A DNA stretch of 61,615 nucleotides, the filler included, from Choristocarpus tenellus KU-1152 (lineage: Eukaryota; Protista; Phaeophyceae), in assembly GCA_964200185.2 (NCBI GenBank). It is 12 parts of 12 records of this genome, joined end to end, with 100 filler letters (N's around TTAATTAATTAA, not from the genome) between each part and the next. Parts side by side here need not be neighbours in the genome. Positions count along the whole stretch, not along the records: positions 25,790 to 31,938 come from CAXNAD020008824.1; positions 32,039 to 36,966 come from CAXNAD020012499.1; positions 37,067 to 40,882 come from CAXNAD020017774.1; 9 more parts are not named here. One strand, given 5' to 3'. The notes under the pieces were generated by a model. That model saw nothing but the letters and a program-made list of their open reading frames with translations. It did no database searches and had not been told where the DNA came from. The stretch's first letter is position 1. Each line of letters starts with the position of its first letter. A program made the translations under genes and the position numbers. Positions 26,035 to 39,141 of this stretch are shown one piece after another.

Positions 26035-27606
26035 ATAAGCAAGCTAGATCTAATTTACCGTCAGTGATGTTCTTCACTTTCATCATCATGCCATATTGCC
26101 TACTAAACCACAACATTCGCCCTCATTGACGTCCCTGCAGTTCTTACGTACACCAAGCCTTCCTACATCATACTTGTACGTGTACCTTCCAATGCACCAA
26201 TATCTATCTGAAGAATGGAAACAAGTTCACAAGTGGGCCAATGCAACTCTTAATGCCAGTGATACCGTAGGGTCTTTAGCCCATTTTCGGACCGTATCGT
26301 CATCCATTTTCCAGATAACATATTCGGACATTTACTCAACTGCTATCTACGCCATTTCACACATAGGTTGATCTCCTCAATCAAGCCTGGCTATTCTCAA
26401 AGGTTGTTAAGTACGGAATAAAGCGATGAGAATGGAAGAGATGACTGTATGCACCTGTAGAAAGGAAGAGGAAACAATGCACGAACGAAAATTATACATC
26501 ATCTATCGTCTAAAATGACACATGGTGCTCATAATGTCCACACCTATCGAAATTTCGGGACCTTTTCCCCTGTAACGTTTTGTCCAGGAAAATGCTTGCG
26601 GACTGTCGGTCTGAAATGTGAGCCAAGTCAATGAAGAATTTGGCAGGTTTGGACCCTTACGCATTCTAAGAAACCTTTCGTACCCTGCAATACACTCAAA
26701 TTTTATTGTTTTTCGTGCACGATAGTATTCGCAAAATTGATATTCCCTTTCCACACATAAAGTGGCACTTACAATCAAACAAAGTATCTTTCTGCAATGG
26801 TACAAAATGGCGTCTTCTTACCCTACCTTCTTCGGTATCGTTAATACCTTAATAATCAACCCTACCTACCTCTCGGTTGGTTTGACTCTGTCCGTCTTTC
26901 GGCAAACAGTCGAGCTCATTGCTCAGCAATATCTCATCTTCGTTCTCCAGCAAACACTCACTCATCGAGGATATTTGTTGTATATTGTTTCGTCTATTAC
27001 CTAGAATATGTTTTCCTGGGGCGCACAATGAAAGACAATGAGTTGTGTGGCAGAAGCATTACGTTATCCTTGGTGTGAGCCAGTATAACTAGCATTAAAG
27101 AGTATAATCTAGGGACTAGTTGTCGAGACTTTGTGCAGAGAGATTTAGGGACCCTACTCAAATATTTGGTTCATGGTAAGCCTGGAAAATCAATAACACA
27201 TACATATCAGTTTGCTTTTCAACACACCCAACTGTGGAAAGCATGTTTGCCTGTGTTATTATACCGTTATTGCCGAATGTCACACATGGAAGATCCACTT
27301 TGTTCTCACGTCTTGACTGGTGGTGATGAAGCCCCACCTTTGATGGTGCTCCTCACTCCTAAGTTTGCACTTGTCCAACCTTAACCTCGTACCCTCGGTC
27401 ACGGTTCGTCCTTGTTCGTGTGGTCCGTCTTGCCCGGTGATTCTCTTCGCCACCCTTACCTGAGTGAACCACGCAGCCACAGAATAACACAATTCACATA
27501 GATAGCATTACTTATTGATTGTGCTATGTTCTCAAGGCTAGAAAGCGTTAAATAAATTTTAGGGGGAGTCCCGATGGAGGAGGCCGTCAATTACTGAAAA
27601 TGTACT

Positions 27607-29754
27607 TTGAGAAGAGCGGAGTATGGAGACGCGACACCTGCAACACCGGTTGAAGAAGGTGGAGAGGTGGTCGAGCCTGAGGATGAAGAAGGAGAGGCGG
27701 TTAGCAGAACTGTGCAACAGGTGGTACCAACTGGATGGAGATTACAACGACTGATACCGCTTACCATCAAAATTGAAGGATTATTGTGGCGATGATGATG
27801 GTGATGGATTTGCCATGTTTGAGCGAAAATTCCTCTCGTGTGCTGCTATGGGGGGAGGGAAGGATACTCTGTTATCTGATGATCACGTCAGAGTCAGCAG
27901 CGATTCCTTCGGTGCTTCAAGATGGTCTGAACGAGAAATCGAAAAGGTGAGTATGGCGATGGCTTTGGATGGGTTTGCCGAACATGTGGTGAGCAACCAT
28001 GACAGTCCTTCGGAAACTTGCCAAGCTTTAAGGAACCACTTTAGGAAAAGTGGTATCACTGAAAGGGCAACCATGAGATCAAAGCTAAATTCGCTAAATC
28101 TACCTGCTGGAGAGGATCCGCCAACCGCCATCATGACGCTCGACAGGATTGTGAAGAAAATGCGATTCCTGGATTATGAACCCAGTGATGAAGAGCAATT
28201 AAGTGCCATGCACAAATTGCTTGACTGGCGAATACTTTATCGAGATTTGACAGGTCACAGGATATGGACAAGAAGCAGGGCTAGATCTACAAACATGAGG
28301 TTGCAAAACCTAACAACTTCGTAATGACAACTTGAACAAGGGATGGCAAATAATGGTGGTGCATTGATGGTGGGAGGTCCCTGTTCGAGAAGTGGAAATA
28401 CTGGTTTTTGGAAGGATTGGCAATCAAGACGTGTGGAGTGCTGGCAGTGTGGAGGACCACATTTTCAATCCTCCTGTCACACTGCTGTTTCGTCTCGTTC
28501 TGGATCCTATACAGGTTCTTGTTATGTCTGTGGAGAAAAAGGACACAAGGCTTCCTGCTGTCCCAAATGCCCTGGACCTATGGGAGAATCGGGTCGAGGA
28601 TCGTGTAGATCAACTCCTCGAAGAAAGAGGAAGAACCGTAAGGAAATAGGGACTTGGTGGGATCTGATGGGGTATTGGATCCAGGTATGGGGGATGTGGA
28701 TCTGTCTACTTTACAGCAGGGGAGTGGTAGAAGATTGATGCTGAGACTAGCGGACCATAATTGTGATCCCCCACGTGAACCTGGTGAACCATCGGAGTGT
28801 GCTCTTCGGTATGAGAGGAGACTGGTTAGTTTGCTTGTTGGTGGGAAAGATAGACTACTCCAACCTGAACTACCATACGAGCAGCGATGGAGTCAGAGGA
28901 ATGGCCTTTGTGGAAAGGGGCCATTGATGATGAAGTCGATGATCTGGACAGCAGGGGAGTGTGGATTCAAGTACCTCGCCCCACTGATGGTCACAAGGTA
29001 CTCGGGACAAAGATGGTTTTTGACAGAGGCAGGCGGATGGCAAAGGGAGAGTGCGGAGGTCCAAGGAGGCACTAGGACTACTGGAAGTGAATTTTACTGG
29101 AACAAGGAAACTGGAACACTTATGTTGGACCAGAGTTTGTAGGTAGAGAATTGGTATCGTGTGTGGAGAATCCAAGTTGGTCTGATTGGTGTAATGCTAG
29201 GAGAGTGATTAGGTACCTGTTGGATACTAAAGAGCATGGAATTACCTTTGGAGACTTTGGACTTTATGGAAATGGACCAAGGGATCAATTAATGGGCTCT
29301 ACAGATACTGATTATGCTAACCGTAAAATAGCAGATTGTCCATTTCTGGAGGTGTTGTGATGTTTGGGGGAGGATGTGTCAATTTGTGGTCGAGAAAGCA
29401 GGAAATGGTTACACTGTCTACTGGTGAGGCTGAGTATGTTGCATTGTGTGAGTTAGGGGAGGAGGTTATGTTCCTCGAGCGAGTGCAATGTTCATGCAAC
29501 CACTTTGTAAGGATTACCCAATATCTGTGTTCAAGGATAATGATGGTGCAATCAAGATCGCTAAGAAGGCAGTGGTGGGTGGAAGAACCAAGCACATTGA
29601 TATTAGGTATCACTACGTATGTCAGTTGGAGAGGGAAGGAAATATAGCAATTGGATATTTGCCAACAGAGTTTCAGTATGCTGATCTTTTTGCTAAGGGT
29701 TTGTCTAAGGAATCTTCAATAGGCATGATTCCAGTGTTATCATGCGTAGAATGA
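27607..29754 (+). mobile_element. Degenerate, internally deleted Ty1/Copia retrotransposon (gag, two zinc knuckles, RT fragments, RNase H)
   Basis: Gag 27773-28324; CWQCGGPHFQSSC and CYVCGEKGHKASCC; RT start W..AIDDEVDDL..RGVW..VPRP...KVLGTKMVF; RNase H DTDYAN..SISG..WSRKQEMVTLSTGEAEYVA..DNDGAI..RTKHIDIRYH..ADLFAKGL. LTRs not resolved. Confidence 0.85.
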
Positions 29755-30199
29755 ATTGGAATTAATTTCTGGTTTGAGGTATGTCCAAGAATGCTCTTAG
29801 GAGTTGTTTTTTCACTTGAAGTTCAAAGCAGTGGAGTGTGTTGTTAAGAAAATGCTTTTATTCGTGTGTAAAGTAAGATTTTGTAGGATAAATAATCAGT
29901 TGTTGGATTATGTTTTGATAACTGGATAATGGATAGGGAAGTTTTCTGCTGAGTAATCATGAGAAAGTTATCTGGGCATTTATAGTACAACAAGAAGAAT
30001 CCTAGAAAGGGAAGGTTATAGCAAGTGACACAGAGAATGAGTGACGTGTTATTAGAATATGAATTGTAAGGTGACACCCCCCTTTGAGCTTTGAGGTTCA
30101 CTCCTTCCTTTCACCTTCCTTACTTAATGTACAACCTGTTCTACATAATAAGGGATTAATTGAGTTATTTACATACACAAGTCTTGGGAACACCAATTT

Positions 30200-30855
30200 C
30201 TTTAACACCCAGTCACCCCCACATCTGATGACCAACTAGTGTGACCCCTTCGCCAGTGATTTCCAGTCACCCCCCCTATCCGATGACCAACCAGTGCAAC
30301 CCCTTTCGCCACTGATTTCCAGTCACTACAACATCCTTCAACCCCACACCAGTTAGCACTCCACTCACCCCCACAACAGTTGCCACTCCACTCAACCCCA
30401 CCCCACTCAACACCACTCCAAGAACACCCCTTCATCATCCCCTTCATACCGTGCCTTTGAGCTAGAAGGCATCTGCCCTGCCCGAGCTTGACCTCTCGTC
30501 CCTCCCCAGCATCCCAGTCGGTCGTGAGCAAGCGACAGGGTGGGTGGGTAGGAAAGCTTGCTTGGGGGTCATCTTGATCTAGCCCTTCTCGTCCTGCCAC
30601 CCCAGCCCTAGATTTTCTTTCCAATTCAATACTGGTCATTTCTTCCTCCCTTCTGCTTCCACCTACCACCCATTTCTTTAACTACTCTCCTCCCTCTCTC
30701 TTTAACTACTTTGACCACTCAGCCTTTAACTCTTCGTTCACCCTCTTGCTAATTTTTTCTCTTCCGTGTCTCCTCCCTTCCCCTGTGCCCCCCAACCAAC
30801 TAGAATTCTTCCGCGCCCACAAAACTCAGATTACTTCATAAACTTTCCCTTGCTT
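30200..30855. repeat. Second copy of the 700-1470 repeat family, C-rich
   Basis: Collinear blocks shared with 1079-1460. Confidence 0.55.
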
Positions 30856-31770
30856 TCAAAATGTGCCATCAATTACACATTTCTACTCCTATTTTTTAAC
30901 CTCTGTGATGTTGTGTACACTTGATCAAATATATTGACTGAAACTACGAATCAGAGTGAGGGATGATCATGATGGGATTCTTTCCAATGAGTAAACTTGT
31001 TCGATATTTCGATCAAAAATATATTTTTAGAACTGTAACGATGTGTACACTTGTAAAAAAACGAGGTATAGGAATGGAGGATTGAAGCAGTATTGAGCCA
31101 AATAAATTGAGAGATAGACCGGGCTGCGTTTCAAGGATCCCAAGAAGAGCAAAAAGATCCCATTTTATACAGTTGCAGAAAGAGCCTTTACTGAATTGTG
31201 GTATCACTTTGTATGTGGAATGGGGGAATGTCTATATTACGTACACTATTATGTGCATAAAGCAATGAAATAGAGTGTACTGCACGGGGCAAGAAATATG
31301 ACCTAGAATTCAAAATGATACAAACCCGCCTTCCTCTCAATTAGTTTGGCTCACTGTGGACAGATGAGTCAATATATCATACCAAGTCGTGATCCCTTAC
31401 CAGACTGTAGTGACTACTGCATAGAAGGCCTCTCTGTTTAACCTGTGTTAGGGTTGTGCTTGATGGACTGCTGGCAGAGTCTAACAGGGCACACACTTAG
31501 TGAGGAACCTGTTAGTGACCACCCCTTACTATATTTCGTTCTGTGAGATATAATTTTAGTGCGTGTACATATTGTCACTATTGATCTGAATGATGTAAAG
31601 ATCAAATGGCATTATGATGCCTTGAGTCACCAGCAGACTAGCTCTCCTGGCCTCCTCCTAAATGCCTATGATGATGCTATCCACTTGATCCCAGCAAGAA
31701 CAACATGTAAATGTTCACTGATTACATTGTTGTAAATGAAAACAGAGGGCAAAATTGCAGTTGGATAGCA

Positions 31771-31938
31771 GACTCAAAGTATCTGGGGGGGGGATGGTGA
31801 CTGTCCATTTGGGGTCAATTTTTTTATGTCACGATTTTTGTGTGATTTGGTTGCATACTTCGGATGGATAATGTAAGTACACTTTTCCTGGTTATGGTCC
31901 AAATGGACACCCTGGTGGAGATCCCCCCCCCCCCCCCC
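31771..31938 (+). mobile_element. MITE family B, 3' end cut at poly-C by contig edge
   Basis: gactcaaagtatctggggg...ccaaatggacaccctggtggagatccccc. Confidence 0.85.
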
Positions 31939-32341
31939 NNNNNNNNNNNNNNNNNNNNNNNNNNNNNNNNNNNNNNNNNNNNTTAATTAATTAANNNNNN
32001 NNNNNNNNNNNNNNNNNNNNNNNNNNNNNNNNNNNNNNTCCGTAGGGTCAAAAACGGACCCCGGCACCCCTTCCCCCCCCCCCCCAGATACTTTGACCCT
32101 ATACAGTATAATTAGTTCGACAACCTTGCCAGGTCAGATTATGTGATGAGTCAGATACCTATAATGTGGCAAGACATGACCTGAACATGTCATTAGACTA
32201 AATCCATCTAGCTAAATCGATTATCTGCTCATGTTGTGACTAGTGAGTTGAGAGCGATTTCAGGCAACAAGCCTCCCTGACATGCTTTATGCTCTCCCAC
32301 TTGCCCACCCGCCCCTTCTCCTTCCTGGTATCACCAAGCAG

Positions 32342-33106
32342 TTAATTCTGGGGGCAGATGTCCTTTACAGTCCTGAGCACTACAACGACGTCCTTGCCAC
32401 TGCCTTCCTGTTTCTTTCTGCTGTGGCCACCTGCTCCTCCTCCTCCTCCTCCACCCTCCCTCAGTGCAATACTACCCCACCGACAGGGTTGACCCTTGAC
32501 CAGGAGGATATCTCTTTGACTCCCAAATCACTCCCCCATATTAATACCAATCTACCTCATCCCTCCTCGATACCCTACACGCCTACCTCCATCTCTTCAA
32601 GGTCAGCCCTCATGACCACCACAACCACTGGTAAGTCTTCTCAAATGATCCCTTTTGCAGAAGCACTGCCAAATATGATACCTTCCTCCACGGGCAACGC
32701 TACCATCTCCACTACAACTACCACTCTGGGGGGGAGGGGGGAAGGAGTATCAGAGCAACATCACTGCCGTCCAACTCTCCACCAACTCCAGGAGAATAAA
32801 AAAGGAAGCCATTCCAGATGTGTCTTTCAAACAGCCTACCAAGAGCGTGGGCATGGTCAGTCTCTCCGACCACTTCTTAAAAAGTGGGGTCTAAGTGCCA
32901 AGGTGCTTGATCCTCGGACCATTCTTCCCCCAGAAGAGGTCCTGCCGATGGGGGAGGGGGAACTAGCAGCTCAGTGTTACAACAGCGTGGCCTTGTTGGA
33001 GATTCGACTCCTGGGAGACGCAGAGAAGGAAAGCAACAGGAGTTTTGCACCTTCTTTTTGGAGCTCTCACATGTCCGAACACGGAATGGACACCTTTTCA
33101 ACATAG
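32342..33106 (+). CDS. METTL23: Terminal exon of a class I SAM methyltransferase, Methyltransf_16 family (METTL23-like)
   Basis: Polypyrimidine tract + CAG acceptor at 32339-32341, then LILGADVLYSPEHYNDVLATAFLFL ... FQTAYQERG..SLRPLLKKWGL, matching the METTL23 C-terminal half with a long S/T/P low-complexity insert. Upstream exons are not in this contig. Confidence 0.7.
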   Translation, partial: LILGADVLYSPEHYNDVLATAFLFLSAVATCSSSSSSTLPQCNTTPPTGLTLDQEDISLTPKSLPHINTNLPHPSSIPYTPTSISSRSALMTTTTTGKSSQMIPFAEALPNMIPSSTGNATISTTTTTLGGRGEGVSEQHHCRPTLHQLQENKKGSHSRCVFQTAYQERGHGQSLRPLLKKWGLSAKVLDPRTILPPEEVLPMGEGELAAQCYNSVALLEIRLLGDAEKESNRSFAPSFWSSHMSEHGMDTFST

Positions 33107-34771
33107 GCTTCAACATAGGCTTCTGTTGACTTGTAATGGAGGTTTCTCACGTGGGGGTATGTGGGATAGTAACGCTTTTTTTTTCTTGTATGTGTCCATG
33201 TGGGAAAGTGCCCCTGCTTTGTTCAATGCTGTTGTGGATCCAATCTCAGACTCTCAAATACAATACTCTACTTGACTTACTGAGCTGTGCTTGATCGGTC
33301 AACCGATTTGAGATAAGTTTATCGCTGTCGAAAATTAATTTAATAAATTATCCGGAGTAAGTTTATTTATTTTTCTTGCCTTACGTTTAAATCTCCTACG
33401 TTTTTTTGTTATCGTTCGCCAGTGTCGCTTTTAAAAAAAGAGTCGTTCTTACTGAAGAGAAGAAGTACCTTTTTCTCGCCAGATGATAGTATTAGAAAAA
33501 ATATCACGTTGACATGTTCACTGCTAGTGAAGGGAAAATGTCCACCGAAGTGGCGGAATAACGGGATTCATTCATTTTGCACAGAAAAAAAAAAAAACAG
33601 GCGTGAGGGATGATGTCCTTCCTAAGACCCTGCAGTTTGGAACAGGAGAAGAAGTGGAGGAAAGTGGGGGGTAGGTAGATTGGGGAAGGAAGAAACACAT
33701 GAAACGGAGCAGTGTCATGTATGTGACAGTCTTAAGTTCGTTGTGTATGCGATGCAATCTGTGAGACCTTTTTAGCTTAATATTCAAGTACAGGGATTAA
33801 GTACAAGGACCGAAAATGAGACAACCGTGCAGACATCAAGGAGGTAAACATGATGCATATATATATATAGAGAGAGAGAGGCAAGTAACAGTGTTTACCC
33901 TGTGTACTTTAGTACAAGGCATGAAGTGTGTTTTTTGGCACTGACAAGGTGGCACTCACTGCTCTGAGTACAATGGTGCCTCTTTTTTTGAGACAAGGTC
34001 CTTTGACACAAGGTGGAGCTTCTAAATGTCCAATGCGCCAACAGAAGTGGGATTTCCAACACCCTTTCAGCGACTTAAGGTGGTCAAGGTCAAGCTATGC
34101 TTGAATCTGTGTATGGGCTTCTCGGAGTTGGCTATTCCATGAGATCTTTCTAAGAGGATAGAGCATTGGAGATAGGAACTATAGCATACACGGTCTCATC
34201 AGTACCAACAGAAAGCTGAGGTAAGAAGGGCGATCTGCCCTACATCAGTTCTGTTGTCAAACCCATGATCGGAAGTTCTACACAGACCTTGCTGGGTGAA
34301 AGAACTAGGCATGATGTGTCCTAGGTCATTGCTGCTCTGTAATATATCCGTGCACTGCATGTGGTTATATCCAGTGTCTAGGTTGCCCCTCACGGACGCC
34401 TCTTTGTCATACCCTGCTTGACACTACTAGTACCTCCCTTCCAGAAAGAAATAATGCCGGTATTGTCACCCCAAGAACAATGAGGACCTTGCAGTGCCCA
34501 CAGAATAACAAGGTGCTGGTGGACTAGATGCCAAGAGGGTGAGGGTCGTTTTGGAAATGTCCTGTCATGATGACACAGTTGGTGAATGCATGTCACCGTC
34601 AAAGGGATCACTGGCAGTATGACACAAACATTATGACAATATCAAAATGGGTCACTACTTCAAGCCTCTCATGTGCAAAGGGTACAAATGAATGATCAGG
34701 GTAGAGCTATGAGATTGCACTGGTCGAAACAGGGCAGGATTTTCCCTTCTCCACAGTCACACAACGTTTCT

Positions 34772-35018
34772 GAGTGAAAGTATCTTAGAGGGTACGAGTT
34801 TCGCCCTTTTTGTCCATTTGGGGCTTGACTTACCAGGTTTTTTTTAATGACGTTTCCCTATTCTGAACTGTTTCGGAGTAGGTAAAATGTGTATGTCTGG
34901 AGCAAGGATATTGACACTTCCTAACAAACATGATAGTCAAAATTACATCAAAATCGCTACATTGGATTTTGGTCCCCAAATGGACGCAGCTCTTCTACCC
35001 TCTAAGATACTTTGACTC
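34772..35018 (-). mobile_element. MITE family A, reverse copy
   Basis: TIRs plus TSD TTCT/TTCT; small internal deletion. Confidence 0.9.
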
Positions 35019-36227
35019 TTCTCCAAGAAAGAAAGACATAGATCCTCAATCGAAGACCAGGTGTTAGGAGAGTTCGGTCTACTCATACCCGACTTTTAAT
35101 TTTGTTCATTCAAGGTAATAGTAACATAGTATGTTGGCACAGTAATTGCCAACGTTGACCTCATTCAGTGTATCTTAACTCACACAATTAAGTAACCACA
35201 TCCATATCTTGAACCTCCTACCCCTCATTCAGTATCACTTGGAGAAATATTAGACAATCCCCAAATAAATCAGGAACAAAACAGTATATGACGATTCATC
35301 TTACATTTGACATTTTCAAGCACCTCTCTTTCCATGTATAAATTCCTCTGAAACTTGACTAGCATTAGGCCCCACCATTGCCACCATACATTATGCTCTG
35401 CTATCACAAAAAGAGTTTCCCCCCTCGTGTATCGTACAATGTGTCTCAGAGTTGCTCAAGAATCGTGATGAACAAAGCCCCGACAGTTGTTGATTCACTC
35501 TTCATCTGTCATATAACTTGGAAGCAAAAAATATCCTACTATCATGACATCTAGCCACAATAGCACAGGCTGCATCACGTTGTAACAGCACAACCGACCC
35601 TCCTCACAACCCGTGTGTGTCAATTTCAACACAGCACGACAGTGCATCGCCCCCCAACAACAAGAGACTTTCCACACAAGTATGCCTTTTTTGTACACAC
35701 ACCCTCAATGTAATGGGTCTCACCAACCCCATAATGTTGAAGCAAAGGTCGATAACAGGCAACACCTTACCAAGGTCATCTCGGTCCCTTTCGGGATATA
35801 AATGCGTCGAACTTTACATTTAAAATAATACCGGTAGTATAAGAATAATTATTATAGGGCTAGGGCGGGCTGGCACAGGACCCAAAGCACCTTGTACCGG
35901 AGAGGGTGCACTCGCACTCGAGGGTACACCTTTGTACTACTAATCCATCCTGTAAGGCGCCAAAAGATGCAGTCACGAGAGGAAGCAAGATCTAAAGAAC
36001 TGCGGTCAGTCAAGAAGAGTCTCCCAGTCAGTGTCCTCACGGTTCCTTTCTACAACGAGCCCTTGTGTACGCGTTGGACACAAGCGATACAACAACAGCT
36101 TCACGCCTTCACACAATAGAGTGCACAAAAAATCCCTCGCAGATAGCGTGTGTACTCTACATATCGTGGAAACACCGTTGACTTAGGGTTATATTTCTCC
36201 CTCAATAACTGCTGTTGTTCTGTGCAA

Positions 36228-36425
36228 TTATCGACCGTAAAAGTCTTTCATCACTCTGAGATATTCCCCCCCTGCCTTCTCAGACAAGTCGGTCCACATG
36301 GGCTTGGACACATCCGGACCCCTTCTATCCCTCGCCCTTAGCATTGACATTTTGCTCGCCGTTGCTGGCCGCCAGAACCCCTCCTTAATCTCACGCTCCA
36401 GTTCCCCCCTACCCCACACCGTCAG
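36228..36425 (-). CDS. Terminal exon of a DUF179/AlgH-like protein
   Basis: Minus-strand CAG acceptor at 36428-36426, then LTVWGRGELEREIKEGFWRPATAS...KPMWTDLSEKAGGEY, resembling the DUF179 C-terminus (GW..GQLE.EI..G.W...S...PLW...GGEY). A donor CAG|GTAAG near 36960 sits at the contig edge. Confidence 0.65.
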   Translation of the reverse strand: MTVWGRGELEREIKEGFWRPATASKMSMLRARDRRGPDVSKPMWTDLSEKAGGEYLRVMKDFYGR

Positions 36426-37066
36426 CTGGGGCCATAATCAACAGGGTTCAACATCGCAGCACACAGTGTATGAATATGGGAGGGAGGGGAGGGGGGGAGG
36501 AGGGTTGTGTGAAACATGGGGCGGGAATGTGTGGGTTCTGTTCCTCGTATGTGTAGTACTACACAGAACCGCTTCTACAGTTAAAAAAAAAAAAGACTGC
36601 ATCATTTGTATTCACACCACAAGTTCAGCAGAATTTTAGATTCAATATATGATGGCAGACAGTACAGCACTATCAGTACTGCACCAGCTCCATCGCCAAC
36701 ACCTGAGACATGGCAGATTCAACACAAAGTTTACGCAAGCAAGTCTCACTACTGTTTGACAATCCGATTTTCACGGAGCAAAGCGTATCTATGGGCTAAG
36801 TCTGTTACCCCTCATGCCGAAGGCCTCATGCCCAAGTTTATCACGGTTGTTTCTGAGTATGTTGTTTGTAGGCACTTTCTTGGCCTAGGAGAGTGCAGCA
36901 ACCCCCCCCCCCCACAAAACATAGGAAGGCCTGCTGAATAGCTTGTAGCCGATACCTTACCTGATTNNNNNNNNNNNNNNNNNNNNNNNNNNNNNNNNNN
37001 NNNNNNNNNNTTAATTAATTAANNNNNNNNNNNNNNNNNNNNNNNNNNNNNNNNNNNNNNNNNNNN

Positions 37067-37545
37067 TAATGTTGCCTTGGGTGTCTTAGAGGATATGGTC
37101 AAGGGTAACAAGATCATGGAGAGTACAGATGATGAGGAAAAGGAGGGTGATGGTGCCTCCAGTATTGTAGGGGATAAGGCTGTGGGTGACAAGGTCATGG
37201 AGAGTACAGATGATACAGAGGAGGGTAATGTTGCCTTGGGTGTCTTAGAGGATATGGTCAAGGGTAACAAGATCATGGAGAGTACAGATGATGAGGAAAA
37301 GGAGGGTGATGGTGCCTCCAGTATTGTAGGGGATAAGGCTGTGGGTGACAAGATCATGGAAAGTACAGATGATACAGAGGAGGGTAATGTTGCCTTGGGT
37401 GTTGTAGGGGATATGGTCGAGGGTAACAAGATCATGGAGAGTACAGATGATGAGGAAGAGGAAGAAGATGACGATGCCTTTCGTGTTGTAGGGGACATGG
37501 TCAATGGTGACAAGATCATGGAGAGTACAGATGATGAGGAAGGGA
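37067..37545 (+). repeat. Higher-order tandem repeat (159-bp period = 81+78-bp monomers), open frame encoding acidic MESTDD repeats
   Basis: taatgttgccttggg recurs at 37067, 37226 and 37386; aagatcatggagagtacagatgat-type motif recurs in every monomer; begins at a contig edge. Confidence 0.9.
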
Positions 37546-38963
37546 GTGACATGTCCATGGGTGGGGGTGGTAGTGGTGGCAGGGAGAACGATCGAGGTCA
37601 TGGTCAAGAGGTGTGGGAAGGGGAGGAGGGGGATGATGGAAAGAGTAGCAACAACAACATGGTTGCTGCATTAGGAATATGAGATAATTGATTTCATTGT
37701 ATGTTCATGATGAATGATGTATGCATAGTCAAGATCTTGCATCCTTGGATATGTGGGCAGTTCGTTTATTGAAAAGGGGGCCTTTGGTAGACAAGGTAAA
37801 TGTCGAGGCAGATATTCTTTTCGGTAATTAATTGAGTGCAACAGGAGGTACTGAGGTCGGTGAATGTACCACTAAGTCCCTCATCACATGGGTGTCGTTG
37901 CACAGTGAATCAGTGAGCAAGAAATTGACAGTCCCGAGATATTGGTTGGGTAATGAGGGATATTATTGAATGGGTTGCTTTGGTCTCTTACTGCCAACTA
38001 TATTTCCACGTGCACATTTCCAACCCAAACAGGCGTATAATATGTACATTGTGTAGGTCGAGGGTTTGAGGGAAATTGAGGAAGTTCGACTTCTTTCACT
38101 ACCTTCAGCACAGTAGAATGGTCTAATTTTGTCATCATTTTCTTGCTTGCTGTTGCCATGATCTAGTGTCGTTAAGGGAGTAAGACTACTGTGATTAGTA
38201 TTATGTGTTCAAAGGAGGTTTTGTTACTGTTTATATAACCTTCAAACGTATTTATGTGGGATGACTAGCGTTCAAATGATTGGGTGGCGGCAGCCTTTGT
38301 TCTTTCTGTGGAATGAGAACATAATGACCAGAGGTGTAGGGAGAGCTTCGACTCTGTGACCCATACGCTCTTGTGGTTGAGTAATATATCAAAATCTATG
38401 TCATTTTGTGGTCCGCCCATTTTCTCTTTTTTGTTCGTCACAGCATAGTATTACTTCTGAGTTATTACAAGTTATTGGGTATACTTCCAAGTATCATGTT
38501 CGTAAGAGATACCTCTTGCTCCTCATCTCTTCTCTACCACTTCAACTTTGTTTTCTTGTTGATACGTATCTCCCGCATTGTTTCTATCCCACAAGTTGCG
38601 TTGGGCTTGTTCCCTATTACTGGAGTATTTATTTGCTAAGGATGTACGCATGTCATGTGTGGGCACAGGAGTTGACTCTTGCTTGACTGATAACTGTGGT
38701 TGTTGCTGTCCTTCCCCTTTGCCTTTGCCTTGTTTTAGAGGACTGCTACAAGTGAAGAGAGCAGGCAGAGCAGAACAGATTACGTAGAGCTAGGCAATTA
38801 ACCAACAGGAAAAATCGTCCGATTCGCCCCACCAAGCTGACCGTGCGTCTGGGCTGCACTTTATCACTTGGGATTGAACACACAATAAATGGAAGTAGAA
38901 ATGTCTGCATGTCCAACATGCACAAATCATGCATTTATGATGAATATGTGTGCAGTCTGAACA

Positions 38964-39141
38964 GACCCAAAGTATCTGAGGGGGGGGGTCTACACCAGAG
39001 TGTCCATTTGGACCAAAACCAGGAAAAGTGCACTTTCATTGTCCATCCAACGTATGGAACCAAATCACCCAAAAATCGCGACATGCATGAAAAAATTGAC
39101 CCCAAATGGACAGCCGCCACCCCCCCCAGATACGTTTAGTC
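38964..39141 (-). mobile_element. MITE family B, full reverse copy
   Basis: gacccaaagtatctgagggg...ccccagatacgtttagtc; flanks aaca/acca. Confidence 0.85.

Noticed and set aside
33880-34065. APC11/RBX1-like RING fragment (SKCPMRQQKWDF)
   Set aside because: Only a few residues match, a Cys ligand is missing and no coherent exon structure was found.
37067-37545. CRISPR array
   Set aside because: The sequences between repeated motifs are themselves repeated, not unique spacers; the context is eukaryotic and there are no cas genes.
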